Source: an uncultured Gemmatimonadales bacterium | GTDB taxonomy: Bacteria; Gemmatimonadota; Gemmatimonadetes; Gemmatimonadales; Gemmatimonadaceae | Length of the DNA: 64,000 nucleotides | Assembly (NCBI GenBank): GCA_963701965.1 | Contig: OY969695.1 | Location: 3,232,001-3,296,000 of the forward strand | Reading direction: 5' to 3' | Part shown: piece after piece, positions 9,727 through 20,252 of the stretch | Numbering within the stretch: position 1 is the stretch's first letter | Layout: each line of letters starts with the position of its first letter | The notes under the pieces: generated by a model | Databases searched by the model: none | Told to the model about the DNA's origin: nothing | What the model saw: only the letters and a program-made list of their open reading frames with translations | Translations under genes and position numbers: made by a program

Positions 9727-11298
9727 CTATTCTTTCCGCTCCATCCCGTCGAGATCGAGGTCGGCCCAGTCCAGCTCTTCCTCGACGCGATGAAAGGCAT
9801 CGTCGCCGATCGCGCCGTTGGCCCGCAACTCGACCAAGCTGCGTCGCTCGGCCGACTGCGCGAGGCGGCGGTCGGCCACGTCCAGCTGGGCGGTGACGTC
9901 GTCCGCGGCGTCGTGGGTGCCCGTGCGCACGATATGCTCGGCGTGCCGGGCGCGGAGCGCGTACTGCTGGTGGAGCGGCGTGTCCGTCTCGCCGGCGGAT
10001 TCCAGCGCGGCGAGGCCCGCGCGCGACGCCTCCGCGCGCGCCAGCCACACCTCGCGGTCGACCGATCCGTCATCCTCCAACCCGAGGACCTCCTTGAGCG
10101 GCTTCAATGTCAGCCCCTGCATGACCAGCGTGCCGACGACCACGGCGAACGCGGTGAACTGCACCAGGTCGCGGTGGGGAAACGCGGCGGTGCCGTTCGC
10201 GCCGTCGGGGAGCGCGAGCGCGGCGGCGAGCGTCACCATGCCGCGCATGCCGCACCATCCGACGAGAAGGGACCCGCGCCATGTCGGCGGCGCCATGGCC
10301 GGGTGACTTGGTACGGTGCGCGCGATGAAGGCGTAGCCGGCCACCCAAACCATACGGACGACGATGACCAGAAGACACACGGCGGCGGCGGTCAGCCCGT
10401 GCCTGACGAGCGAGAACTCACTCAGCCGTTCCAAAATCGGCCTGATCTGCAGGCCCACGAGGATGAAGGCCAGGACGTTGAGAACAAAGACGACGACGTC
10501 CCACACCGCGTACGACGGGATCCGTAACCGCGCGGGCATCAGAATGGGCGCGCGGCGGGCAATGAGGATGGCATAGACGACCACCGTGATGACGCCGGAG
10601 AGTCCGAGATCCTCGGCCAGGATCCACACCGCGAACGTGGACAGGAACTGCACGATCACCGACGTGGCGACATCTTCGACTTTGACGATGCTCATGAGCA
10701 GGAGGCGCGCGAGCACGACGGCGAGGATGATGCTGCCCGCGGTCCCTAAGAGCAGTGTGGGAATCGCACGCCATCCGTTGAACGCGCCGGTGATCGCCGC
10801 GGCGACCGCCACGCGGTAGATGAGGAGCGCGCTGGCGTCGTTGAACAGGCTCTCGCCTTCCAGAATCACGAGCAGGCGGTGGGGCAGGCGTAGGGGACGG
10901 AGCACCGCGGTGGCCGCCGTGGCGTCCGGCGGCGCCACGATCGCGCCGAGCGCAATGGCCACGGCCCACGGGACGTCCGGCATCAACCAGTGGACCAGAA
11001 GCGCCACCGCGGCAATGGTGGCCATGACGGCGCCGATGGCCAGGGCCGCGATCGGCCGCCAATAGTACCGGAGATCCCGCGGCGAGATATCGAAAGCGGC
11101 GTCGAGCAACACCGGGGAAACGAACAGCGTCAGCGCCAGACGCGGGTCGAGAACGATCCTCGGCGTGTGTGGGAGGAGCGCGAGGGCAGTCCCGGCGATC
11201 GCCAACAGCGCCGGGTACGGGACGCGCAGCCGGCGCGCCCAGGCCGAGAGGATGGCGCCAATGAACAGCAACGCGATGAGGAGCTGAAACAGGGCCAT
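9727..11298 (-). CDS. Na+/H+ antiporter, CPA1 family
   Basis: About 12 TM helices, APPDATA, ILEGESLFNDASAL, GMRGMVTLAAAL, and the C-terminal EEELD motif. Confidence 0.93.
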   Translation of the reverse strand: MALFQLLIALLFIGAILSAWARRLRVPYPALLAIAGTALALLPHTPRIVLDPRLALTLFVSPVLLDAAFDISPRDLRYYWRPIAALAIGAVMATIAAVALLVHWLMPDVPWAVAIALGAIVAPPDATAATAVLRPLRLPHRLLVILEGESLFNDASALLIYRVAVAAAITGAFNGWRAIPTLLLGTAGSIILAVVLARLLLMSIVKVEDVATSVIVQFLSTFAVWILAEDLGLSGVITVVVYAILIARRAPILMPARLRIPSYAVWDVVVFVLNVLAFILVGLQIRPILERLSEFSLVRHGLTAAAVCLLVIVVRMVWVAGYAFIARTVPSHPAMAPPTWRGSLLVGWCGMRGMVTLAAALALPDGANGTAAFPHRDLVQFTAFAVVVGTLVMQGLTLKPLKEVLGLEDDGSVDREVWLARAEASRAGLAALESAGETDTPLHQQYALRARHAEHIVRTGTHDAADDVTAQLDVADRRLAQSAERRSLVELRANGAIGDDAFHRVEEELDWADLDLDGMERKE

Positions 11299-11326
11299 CG
11301 AGGAACAATACCTCGTGGCCCCGACG

Positions 11327-13717
11327 TCACTGTGTTCGAACGAGCTCTTGTACGGCCACGCGATGCAAGGTGGGGTAAGGCACGCCCGGTCCTTTCACGG
11401 TGCGCCACAGGATGTGATTGAAGGCCTCATCGTCGACGCGGTCCGGCTCCGAGAAATCGGCGCGCGCCGACCGGCGGGCGTCGGGACCCGTGGCCACGTT
11501 GAGCTGGTCGAACGGTTGCGCGGGTTTCAGTGCGACGTACGGCCGATGATCCGGATGGTCGCTCCAGATATCGCGGAGCGGGCGGCCGAAGTGGTCGAAC
11601 TGCGACATGGCGGGAAGGCCGAGGATCTCTTCGATCGTCGCGATGACGTCGGTCGTGTTGGTGAATCGGTGCAACACGCCGCCGCGATTCCACGCCGATA
11701 TCGCGAGCATCACAGAGCGGTGCGAGTCGACGTGATCGGGGCCATCCTGCGCATCGTCTTCGAGGACGAAGACGACTGTGCTGTCCCAGAACCGTGACCG
11801 GGAGAGGCCTTCCACAATGCGGCCGAGGGCGAGATCGTTATCGGCGAAGTACGCCTGTGGCGTCGGCCGGCCCAGGCGCGCGCCCGCCGTATGATCGTTG
11901 GGCAAGTGCATGATCTCGAGCGCCGGCATGTGCCCCGTCTGCTCGAACTGATGCAGCTCGGTGAGCCACGCATCGGCGCGCCGCTGGTCCGGCACGGACA
12001 GGTCGAACGGCGGATAGATCGGACTGACGTACGGCGCGAGCTCCGGCTTGAGCGCGCGATACACCGGAGCGCCGTGGTCGCCCGAGTCGCGGGGCATCGT
12101 CTCCTCGAACTCGCCGTACTCCCGCACCGAGAGCCCCTTCTGGCGGGCGATGTCCCACAGGTACCCATTCGCCGGGTCATCCGCGCTACCCAAGGCCTCG
12201 GGCTCCGGCCGTTTCCCGCGATAGAGATCCGGGGTCGTCTTCTCCGTATAGTCGGTCACGTATGCCGCGGTGGACCACTGATGTCCCTGTTGGCTCACTT
12301 CGGCGTTCACGAAAAACCGATCGAACAGACCGAACCGCTCGGCGAGCGCGTGGTGATTCGGCGAGATGGCGCGCGGAAAGAACACCAGCGTGCTATCGCC
12401 GTCGGCTGCGCGGATGTCGCCCAGCACCTGATCGTACGTGCGGTTCTCCTTGATGATGTAGACCACGTGCGAGAAGGGCGGGTAGTGCGCGTGGGCCGCG
12501 CGCGTCGTGTCCCAGTTGTCGGCGCGCGCCACGCGCCGCGACAGGGTATCGAGTGCGGCGCCGCGCGCGTCCGGCAGCACGGTGATCGTCCCATCGAGCT
12601 GACCGAGGTCGTATTCGTGGGCATCGAACTTGGCGAACGGCACGTTCGGTTGCGGCCCCCCGCGATTCGGACCCGCCCCGCGGCCCTTGCCGTTGACGAC
12701 CCATAGCGAATCGCCCCGTCCCGCGACCACGATCACCGACGGATACCATTCGGTTGGGATGCGTCCCGCCAACGCGCCCGTCGCCAGGTCGAACACCGCG
12801 ACCGCGTTCGCGTCCGCCTCGGCGACGAAGAGTTTGGTCCCGTCCGCCGAAAACGCGAGTGCGTCCGGCGTGCTGCCTTCGGTGACGCCATCGGGCGGCG
12901 GGTCGCTGAGCCAGCGGAGTACCCGGCGGGCTTTGGTGTCGACGATGCTGACGCGGTCGGTGCTGGCCGAGGCGACATACAAGCGCGAGCCGTCGGCGTT
13001 CAACAGCAGCGCCGACGGGTGCCGACCGACGTCGATCGGTCGCTCGCTGGCGAGGCGGCCGGTCGGCGTCGCGCGATAGACGGTGACCTCCGCCGCGTCC
13101 CAGGCCGACACATACACGTGGCCGTCGGGCGCGACCGCCACCGCGTACGGATACGCGCCGGCGCCGAGTCGCTGCACGACGCGCCGGGTGGCCAGATCGA
13201 TGACCGCGAGCGAGTCACTCAGGTTCTCGGCGACGTAGAGGCGGCGGCCGTCCGGCGACAACGCGATGCCGGCCGGATAGCGCGCGGTGCTGGTATCGCC
13301 GCGGGCGAGCGGGATGCTGTCGGCGCGGCTCGCCGGCGCCGGGGCGGCCGAGTTCCAGCGGTAGGCGTAGATCGCGTTCGTCATTCCTCCGGACGCGTAC
13401 AGCGTACGGCCATCGGCGCTCCAGGCCAGTCCGAGGAACGCGCCTGGCTGCTCGAACCGCTGGACGACGGCGCCCGACGCGCGGTCCACGACCTCAATGC
13501 CTTGCTCGCGCCAGCCCGAGAGACTGACCACGAGCCAACGGCCATCGGCCGAGGGCAGGGCGGCGAGCGGCATGTTGCCCAGCGGGATCGAACGCCCGGC
13601 GGGATCGAGACGCAGGCCCGTGGGGAGGCGTTGTGACGTCGGCGGCGCGGGGTCCACCGCGGGCTGATGCGACGTGCACGCCGCCAGCACGAGTCCCAAG
13701 GCCATGAGGGCTTTCAT
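11327..13717 (-). CDS. YVTN/YncE beta-propeller + phosphoesterase (alkaline phosphatase superfamily) lipoprotein
   Basis: Lipobox LAAC, repeated P.GIALSPDG..LYVA blades, then HVVYIIKENRTYDQVLGD, GHQW, LPNDHT and EDDAQDGPDHVDSHRS. Confidence 0.92.
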   Translation of the reverse strand: MKALMALGLVLAACTSHQPAVDPAPPTSQRLPTGLRLDPAGRSIPLGNMPLAALPSADGRWLVVSLSGWREQGIEVVDRASGAVVQRFEQPGAFLGLAWSADGRTLYASGGMTNAIYAYRWNSAAPAPASRADSIPLARGDTSTARYPAGIALSPDGRRLYVAENLSDSLAVIDLATRRVVQRLGAGAYPYAVAVAPDGHVYVSAWDAAEVTVYRATPTGRLASERPIDVGRHPSALLLNADGSRLYVASASTDRVSIVDTKARRVLRWLSDPPPDGVTEGSTPDALAFSADGTKLFVAEADANAVAVFDLATGALAGRIPTEWYPSVIVVAGRGDSLWVVNGKGRGAGPNRGGPQPNVPFAKFDAHEYDLGQLDGTITVLPDARGAALDTLSRRVARADNWDTTRAAHAHYPPFSHVVYIIKENRTYDQVLGDIRAADGDSTLVFFPRAISPNHHALAERFGLFDRFFVNAEVSQQGHQWSTAAYVTDYTEKTTPDLYRGKRPEPEALGSADDPANGYLWDIARQKGLSVREYGEFEETMPRDSGDHGAPVYRALKPELAPYVSPIYPPFDLSVPDQRRADAWLTELHQFEQTGHMPALEIMHLPNDHTAGARLGRPTPQAYFADNDLALGRIVEGLSRSRFWDSTVVFVLEDDAQDGPDHVDSHRSVMLAISAWNRGGVLHRFTNTTDVIATIEEILGLPAMSQFDHFGRPLRDIWSDHPDHRPYVALKPAQPFDQLNVATGPDARRSARADFSEPDRVDDEAFNHILWRTVKGPGVPYPTLHRVAVQELVRTQ

Positions 13718-13788
13718 GCTGGTAGTGTGCGCAGTCGACGGGACGCCGCGCTAGGACCAAGGCGGGCCTCCCCGACCATACCATATTC

Positions 13789-15180
13789 CTACTTGGGCAT
13801 CGGCAGCGGCACGTGGCGCGGCACGTTGAGACGTCCTTGATCGACGACGATATACCCGTCGCGCACCACGAGGGCCACCTTGGCCAGATCATCGAGCGAG
13901 ACGTCGGGCTGGCCATCGATGACGGTGATGTCGGCGAGCTTCCCGGGTTCCAGCGTGCCGAGTTTGTCGCCCATGTCGAGGAACTGCGCGTTGACGCGCG
14001 TCGCAACCTCCAGCGCCCCGGGCACGGTGTATCCCAGTTTCACGAACTGTTTGAGCTCTGTGATGTACGGGTCCGGGAGATAACGAAACCAGTCGAGCAC
14101 GAGATCCGTGCCGATGCCCAACTTGATGCCGGCTTGCTTCATCTTGCGGACCAGCTCGAAGTTGGCGTCCTTGGAGAACGTGAAGCGGCGCGACGGCGCG
14201 CCGTAGTAGCCGCCGGCCGAGTTGAAAATGATGATGTAGGGGATCAGGGTGGGATCGGATTCCGTGCCTTTCCGCGCCATGAGCTGGATCGTCTCGTCCG
14301 ACCGCGGCAGCGGGTGCTCGATCATGTCGATCCCGGCGTCGACCGCCCACATCGTATAGAACGTCTCGCAGTCGCACGTCACCTTGAGTCCCAGGGCGTG
14401 CGCCTCCTGAATCGCCGCCGACACCTCGGCGCGCGTGAAGTGACTGGCGATCTTGATGAGGTCCGCGCCCTGGGCGAATTCCTCGCGCACCGCCAGGCGC
14501 CAGTCGTCCGGTCCCGTCGCCACCCGAATCATCCCGAGCGCCGGACTGTTGTAGGCACCGCCGTCGTCGCCATGGCCGCCTTCGGCCGTGATCAGCTTGC
14601 CCGCGGCGAAGATGCGGGGCCCGGGAATGCGGTTCTGGCTTACCCACGCCTGCAGGCGAAACGGCACCTCGCCCTGTGACCCGACATCCCGGATGCTCGT
14701 GATGCCGCTCTCGATATAGTAGCGGAGATGCTCGGCGCCCCGGAGCGTCGCATCGGAGGGGCTATCCGCGATTGGCCCCGGCGTGCCCGGATCGGGAAAC
14801 GTGAGGTGCGTGTGCAGGTCGATCAGCCCGGGAAGGACCGTTTTGCCGCCCAGATCGATCACCTTGGCGTCGGACGGCCAGGCGGTGGATGTCGCCGGGA
14901 GAATCCGATCGATGTGATTGCGGACAATGACCAGCGTGCCCGGATGCGCCGGCGCTCCCGTGCCATCGAAGATCCGGCCATTCCGGAGCACGAGGGTGCC
15001 CGGCGGGCCGCCGATTCCTGATGGCACCGGCGTGCGGCGCGGGTCGTCGGATACCGACATCAATGGCGAGGCGAACCGTTGCCGCTCGCTGCGCGAGACG
15101 GACGAGTCTTGCGCGGCAGCGCGCGCGGAGACCACGACGATCCAACACGTCAGGAGTCGGGCGATCGAACGGCTGGTCAC
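13789..15180 (-). CDS. Secreted amidohydrolase family protein
   Basis: PGLIDLHTH, GITSIRDVG, GADLIK, IEH, GTD and GTLEPGKLADI motifs. Signal peptide present. Confidence 0.9.
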   Translation of the reverse strand: MTSRSIARLLTCWIVVVSARAAAQDSSVSRSERQRFASPLMSVSDDPRRTPVPSGIGGPPGTLVLRNGRIFDGTGAPAHPGTLVIVRNHIDRILPATSTAWPSDAKVIDLGGKTVLPGLIDLHTHLTFPDPGTPGPIADSPSDATLRGAEHLRYYIESGITSIRDVGSQGEVPFRLQAWVSQNRIPGPRIFAAGKLITAEGGHGDDGGAYNSPALGMIRVATGPDDWRLAVREEFAQGADLIKIASHFTRAEVSAAIQEAHALGLKVTCDCETFYTMWAVDAGIDMIEHPLPRSDETIQLMARKGTESDPTLIPYIIIFNSAGGYYGAPSRRFTFSKDANFELVRKMKQAGIKLGIGTDLVLDWFRYLPDPYITELKQFVKLGYTVPGALEVATRVNAQFLDMGDKLGTLEPGKLADITVIDGQPDVSLDDLAKVALVVRDGYIVVDQGRLNVPRHVPLPMPK

Positions 15181-16052
15181 AGCGCTGCTCCGGGGTACGT
15201 GGATATCCAGGCTGGCGGTTCGGGCTCACGCGTGCCGTCCACCGCGACATTCCGCATGCGCGCCCATCGGTAGCCCCACATCGGACCAAATTTCGAGACG
15301 AACGTGTCCGGGGCGCGATAGGCCGCATCCGATTCGGCGGCGGCAAGCGTGATGAAGCGATAGTGGGCTTGCTCGAAAATCGCGAGTACCTGCGCGATCA
15401 CGTCGGCGTTGAGGCGATTGTCGTGGAGGAGCATGACCTCCGGCGGCTCGCGGCCCCAAACGCGCGTATCGAGCGCCGCGTAGTAGGCGACCTCGCTCCG
15501 CGTATAGGCGAGATAGTCGGTGCGGAGGCGCGCGGCGGACGCCGAGTCGTGCCGGGCGAGCATCCGGACGTAGGCGGCGTTGAAGATGAAGTCGTCGTTC
15601 GTCATGGTGCACGCGGCCACGCGGTAGCCGCGCTCCCGGAGAAACGCCGCGATCGCGTCGTGCTTTTCCGGCGTGTCGCCGGTGTGATTGTAGGGAAAAC
15701 GAAAGAAAGTGGGGCGCTTCGCGCCCTCGCCGCGGACCACGTCGGCCTCGAAGTCTGCCACCGAGCGCTGGTCCAAGTCCTGATGCGAGAACGTGTGATT
15801 GCCGAGCGCGAAGCCCGCGCGCGTCCACTGGTCGAGGACTTGGGTGTCGGCGCGCTCGCCGATCACGAACCCCGTCGCGGGCACGTGGTGTTGGACCAGT
15901 GCGGCAATGATCTGCTGATTCACCGATGCCGCCGCGGTGTCACCCGCGATCGCGACGTAGGGAAGATCGTCGAAGGTGATCGCCACCTGGTGCTGTGCGC
16001 TGGCGCTGCGGGCGATGAGCAGCGAGACAATGACAACGGCGGGAGTTTTCAT
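15177..16052 (-). CDS. Polysaccharide deacetylase (CE4/NodB)
   Basis: TFDDLP, GNHTFSH, FRFPY and LLHD motifs. Start placed at MKTPAVV because a signal peptide follows. Confidence 0.9.
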   Translation of the reverse strand: MKTPAVVIVSLLIARSASAQHQVAITFDDLPYVAIAGDTAAASVNQQIIAALVQHHVPATGFVIGERADTQVLDQWTRAGFALGNHTFSHQDLDQRSVADFEADVVRGEGAKRPTFFRFPYNHTGDTPEKHDAIAAFLRERGYRVAACTMTNDDFIFNAAYVRMLARHDSASAARLRTDYLAYTRSEVAYYAALDTRVWGREPPEVMLLHDNRLNADVIAQVLAIFEQAHYRFITLAAAESDAAYRAPDTFVSKFGPMWGYRWARMRNVAVDGTREPEPPAWISTYPGAAL

Positions 16053-16098
16053 TTTAGGGCACATCCACCGCGCCAACCCCGCATATAGCTTTCGCGGC

Positions 16099-16746
16099 AT
16101 GAGCGAGACACCTACGCCGCGCACGCGCGTCAAGCGATATCCTGACCGCGGTCACTATGACCGCCAGACGATCTACGACATCGTCGACGCGGCATTCATT
16201 TGCCACGTCGGCTACGCGATCGACGGTCAGCCGTATGTGACGCCCACCGCGCACTGGCGCCTTGACGATCACGTGTACTGGCACGGCTCGTCGGCGAGCC
16301 GCATGTTGCGCGCGCAGACTGGCGGCACGCCGGTGTGCCTCACGGTCACGCACGTCGATGGATTGGTCCTGGCGCGCTCCGGCTTTCATCACTCGATGAA
16401 CTATCGGTCGGTGATGGCCCTCGGCCACGCGGAGATCGTGCGTGACGACGCGGAGAAGCTGGCGGCCATGGAGGCGTTCGTCGAGCGGCTCGTCCGCGGG
16501 CGATGGGCCACCACGAGGACGCCGACGGCTCAAGAGCTCAAGGCCATGTCGGTGTTGCGCATGAGTCTCGACGAGGCGTCGGCGAAGGTGCGCATGGGGC
16601 CGCCCATCGATGAGGATGGGGACTATGGTCTTCCCGCATGGGCCGGAGTCATCCCGCTGTCACTCACCTTCGGTGCGCCCGAACCGGACCCGCGCCTGCA
16701 CGATGGCGCGCTGCCCCCACCGACCCCGGACGCGTTGCGGCGCTAG
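16099..16746 (+). CDS. Pyridoxamine 5'-phosphate oxidase-like / NimA-family flavin-binding protein
   Basis: RGHYDR..IY.I.D....CHVG, YWHGS..SRM, DGLVLARSGFHHSMNYRSV, SAKVR.GPP.DE and WAGVIP. Confidence 0.92.
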   Translation: MSETPTPRTRVKRYPDRGHYDRQTIYDIVDAAFICHVGYAIDGQPYVTPTAHWRLDDHVYWHGSSASRMLRAQTGGTPVCLTVTHVDGLVLARSGFHHSMNYRSVMALGHAEIVRDDAEKLAAMEAFVERLVRGRWATTRTPTAQELKAMSVLRMSLDEASAKVRMGPPIDEDGDYGLPAWAGVIPLSLTFGAPEPDPRLHDGALPPPTPDALRR

Positions 16747-16748
16747 AG

Positions 16749-17225
16749 TCACTCGCGCGCCCGCGCGGTCCATTGCCACATTCCGCTCATCGTGTCGATG
16801 GTGACGGGGTACCCGAGGAGCCGCGCCTGCACGAGGATCTGTCCTCGATGATGGCCGTCGTGCACCATGTAGTACGCCAGAAAAGTCGTGGCGTCGTGGG
16901 ATGAGCCGCCGATCCGTTTGTCCTCCGCGAGCGCGGGTCCGACGATCGCCAGGACGGCGCGCCGTTTGGCGCCGAGGGCGCGTACGGCGAGGGCGGGAGT
17001 GACGCGGTGCCGGTCGAGATCGGGCGGCACGGTGATGCGCGGGGCCGCCCGCCGGAGATACGTGAGTCCGCAGTTGTGCATATGGGCCACGAGCGCCGCG
17101 ATCGTGCGGAGGCGCGGCGCCGGCGGTTTGGCGCGCCACACGGCGGGATCGAGCCGCTCGACGAGATACTGATTGACGCGGGCGCTGGCCGAGTAGGCGC
17201 GCAGCAGAGCGGCGCCGGCGTCGAC
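16749..17225 (-). CDS. DinB-family protein (start codon not identifiable)
   Basis: …LLRAY…VNQYLVERLDPAVW…TIAALVAHMHN…YYMVHDGHHRGQ, with DinB metal-binding His residues. Homology-like sequence continues upstream of the GTG at 17141 without an ATG, GTG or TTG. Confidence 0.8.
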   Translation of the reverse strand, partial: VDAGAALLRAYSASARVNQYLVERLDPAVWRAKPPAPRLRTIAALVAHMHNCGLTYLRRAAPRITVPPDLDRHRVTPALAVRALGAKRRAVLAIVGPALAEDKRIGGSSHDATTFLAYYMVHDGHHRGQILVQARLLGYPVTIDTMSGMWQWTARARE

Positions 17226-17232
17226 GGATCGG

Positions 17233-18174
17233 CTACTGCTTTTTATAGCGCACCTCGTACAGGCTGCCGTCGACCACGCTCTTTCTCAGCATGTAGAGCA
17301 CGGGGAGCCATCGCGCGTCACCGCCGGTGTTTTCGTCTTCGACACGAAACAGCGCGTTCTCGGGGCTTCGGGCGTGATTATCCGGAGTCAGGACCATCTT
17401 GTTCCCCTCGAGCGTGTAGGCGCCGTCGCCCGCGAACGCCTGCGTCGTTTGGACGACTTCGCCGCTGGAGATCCGGTTGTAGTTCGCCACTGCCGAGGCG
17501 CCGCCGTAGCGGCCGTTGGCCGCGAACGCGAATTGGTCGGCGGCCGTGGCGCTCGCGGTCGTCCATGTGCCGACCAGTGCCTTGGCCAACACCGGTGAGG
17601 GAGTCGGCGTCCAGGTCTTGAATCCCAAGCTGTAGAAAAACTCCGGCCACACGTTGCCGGCGAGCTCGCCGAAGCACGTACTCACCAGCGGATCCTTCGA
17701 CATCCCGGAGATGACCGCGATGTGATTGCCGAGCTTCGCGGCGAAGACAAACCCGAGCAGTGTCTGATAGGTCACCCCGGGGCCGGGCGCTTTCCGGATC
17801 CCCTTTTTCACGATGACGTAGTCCCAGCCCTGGCCCGATATGCCGCGCACGACAATCGGCGGCATTGCCGTGCCGCGCGTTGTCTGATCGCTGCGCTGGT
17901 ACGTCTTGAAGATCTCCTGAAACGCGTTGTCGGCGTCGTTCAGGAGATTCGGCCCGGCCGGACGCGTCGGCCACAGGCTGATGAGGCATCGTTCGCCGGT
18001 GTTCGCCACCGGGGCCGCGAGGACGATGCCATCCGGATACCGCGTCCCGGTCCAGCCCCGGGGAGTGGCGAACACATACTCGTCGAGCGCTCCCTGCGCG
18101 CTCAGCGGGGCGGGGCCGAGCAAAGCGGTGCCCAATGCGAGGGCCAGGCAGTGTGGCAGGTGCTTGGGGATCAT
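17233..18174 (-). CDS. Secreted hypothetical protein
   Basis: Signal peptide (…ALGTALLGPAPLSA-QG), GGAG RBS-like sequence upstream, GC3-biased codons, and a C-terminal LVGTW…G.Y lipocalin-like beta domain. Confidence 0.75.
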   Translation of the reverse strand: MIPKHLPHCLALALGTALLGPAPLSAQGALDEYVFATPRGWTGTRYPDGIVLAAPVANTGERCLISLWPTRPAGPNLLNDADNAFQEIFKTYQRSDQTTRGTAMPPIVVRGISGQGWDYVIVKKGIRKAPGPGVTYQTLLGFVFAAKLGNHIAVISGMSKDPLVSTCFGELAGNVWPEFFYSLGFKTWTPTPSPVLAKALVGTWTTASATAADQFAFAANGRYGGASAVANYNRISSGEVVQTTQAFAGDGAYTLEGNKMVLTPDNHARSPENALFRVEDENTGGDARWLPVLYMLRKSVVDGSLYEVRYKKQ

Positions 18175-18297
18175 ACCCACGCTCCAGGTCAGCCGGTGGT
18201 GAACCGGCAATGTGGTAAACCCGGTGTCGCGGCGCAACTCTGTTCCTGACGCGTCCGTAACGCGCCGCCGACACGCGTTTGCGCTTCGGGTCGTCAC

Positions 18298-19567
18298 CTA
18301 TCGGTAGATCGTTCCGCCCTTCATTACAAAGGTCACGCGCTCGGTCGCCGTGATGTCGGCCAGCGGGTCGCCGGGCACGGCGACGACATCGGCGTAGTGT
18401 CCTGGCGCCAGCGTACCGACGCGGTCTTGCCAGCCGAGGAGTTTCGCGGCGTTGATCGTGCCCGCCATGAGGGCCTGGCGCGGGGACATCCCCGCTTCGA
18501 CCATGAGTCGGAACTCGCGCGCGTTGGTCCCGTGCGGGGCGACGGACGCATCGGTGCCGAGCGCGATCGGCACGCCGTACTCGAGGGCTAGCGAGATGCG
18601 GCGCGGCCCCGCCGCGTACGCCGTGCGGGCCTTCTGGGCTTGGGCGCCGACGAGCACACCCTGGTCGGCGAATCGCTTGACGGCCTCCAGCGCCAGCAGC
18701 GTCGGCACGAGGTACGTGCCGTGCTCCGCCATCAGGCGCGCGCCTTCGTCGTCCAGAAACGTCCCGTGCTCGATGCTGGCGACGCCAGCCCGGACTGCGA
18801 GCTTGATGCCCTCGGCGCCGTGGGCGTGGGCTGCGACCTTGCGCCCGAGGAGCGTCGCGGTCTCGACCGCGGCGCGCATCTCCTCATACGACATTTGGAG
18901 AATGCCCACCGAGTCGCCGGCCGAGAGCACGCCGCCGGTCGGGCAGACTTTGATCGCGTCGGCGCCGTACTTGATGCGATAGCGCACCGCGCGACGGATT
19001 TCGTCCGGGCCATCGGCGGCATTCGACCGCCAATCCGTCTCGTCGACGCCGGGCCGGAATCCACTATCGTCGCACGACCCGCCCGTGATGCCGAACTGCT
19101 TCCCCGTGTTTTGCATCCGCGGGCCGGGCACCACGCCCTCATCAATGGCCTCGCGCAGCGCCATGTCCTTGAAGCCCGGGGATCCCGCGTTGCGGACGGA
19201 CGTGAACCCGGCCATGAGCGTCGCCCGGGCATTGGCGACGCCGAGGATCGCGCCGTACGCGGCGTAGTCGCGCACCGGGGCATCATCGTCGCCGGGGTCG
19301 CCCAGCATACGGCCGATGAGAATGCACGTGCATGTCGATGAACCCGGGGAGGAGCGTCACATCCCCCAGGTCAATGACGCGCGCGCCGGTCGGGATCTTT
19401 ACGCGCGAGGCCGGGCCGGCGGCGACGATGCGGTCACCGGTGACCACCACGACGGCCGGTCCCACCATTGGTGCACCCGTTCCGTCGAACATGCGGGCCG
19501 CCCGGAGGACGGTCGTCGGCGGGGTCGTCCAGAGGGATAGGGCGAGGGCTACCGCCCGAGCGATCAA
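18298..19567 (-). pseudogene. Amidohydrolase (Xaa-Pro dipeptidase-like), frameshifted at ~19321 (possibly a sequencing error)
   Basis: The N-terminal part (…LRAARMFDG…LLPGFIDMHVH) is in the 19283..20104 frame. The rest (GADAIK, AAHAHG, SIEHG, GTD) is in the 18298..19308 frame. Removing one base restores HVHLIGRMLGD. Confidence 0.88.
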
Positions 19568-19571
19568 AAGG

Positions 19572-20153
19572 TCAATGGCCGTGCGCGACGGGCACGATGT
19601 GGGGGTGCAGGACGCCGAGCGGCGGCCGGAGCGCGAGGCTCGACAGCAGCCAGGAGGCGCCGCCAGTGATCGCGGCCAGGCCGGCGAACTGTCCACCACT
19701 CCGCAGCGAGCTCCAGAAGCCCGGGCCCGACAGATCCGGCGCGAAGAGCGACGTCCGTGCGAGCTGGGTGACGCCGGCCGCCGTGACCGCGCTGATCCAG
19801 TCCATTCCCATGGCGCGGGTCCCGTCGGGTCGCCGCTCGAGGCCGCGCGCCAGCTGGGAGAGGAGGAGGAATCGGCTCGTGGACCGCGCCGTCTCTTCGC
19901 GGGCGGCCGCCGCGCTCTGCATCCGGCCGCCGATCTCGCCAATGCTGTCGATCTCGCGGGCCAACATCTCCGATCGATTCGGCTCCGCCGGCGCTGCCGG
20001 CGCGGCCACGCCGATCGCGCGTGGAAACAGGGGCACATGTCCGGCGCCGGACGTGTGCAAGGCATCGAAACTGCTTTGCTGCGCGGCCAGCCCCGGGGCC
20101 GCAATGAGCGCGATCAGGGTGGCACGGACTGTTCGATGCAGGCGCACACGCAT
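19572..20153 (-). CDS. Hypothetical secreted/membrane protein
   Basis: Signal-peptide-like N-terminus (…LIALIAAPGLA-AQQ), GGAG upstream, hydrophobic C-terminal segments. Fills the gap between co-oriented genes. Confidence 0.5.
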   Translation of the reverse strand: MRVRLHRTVRATLIALIAAPGLAAQQSSFDALHTSGAGHVPLFPRAIGVAAPAAPAEPNRSEMLAREIDSIGEIGGRMQSAAAAREETARSTSRFLLLSQLARGLERRPDGTRAMGMDWISAVTAAGVTQLARTSLFAPDLSGPGFWSSLRSGGQFAGLAAITGGASWLLSSLALRPPLGVLHPHIVPVAHGH

Positions 20154-20252
20154 GAGGACCGCTCCGACTCCGAGTCTCCTCCCAATACTACTGGTGCGTC
20201 GCGCCAATGGGTATCACGCCGCCCGTCGTGCTCGCCAGGGAGGGATCGGCCG

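Noticed and set aside
8282..9793. 503-aa ORF taken as a single protein
   Set aside because: The first 152 codons overlap susD out of frame. The real start is GTG 8738 and the true C-terminus is in another frame.
19283..20104. 273-aa ORF as an independent gene
   Set aside because: Only its last third is meaningful: it is the N-terminus of the frameshifted amidohydrolase.
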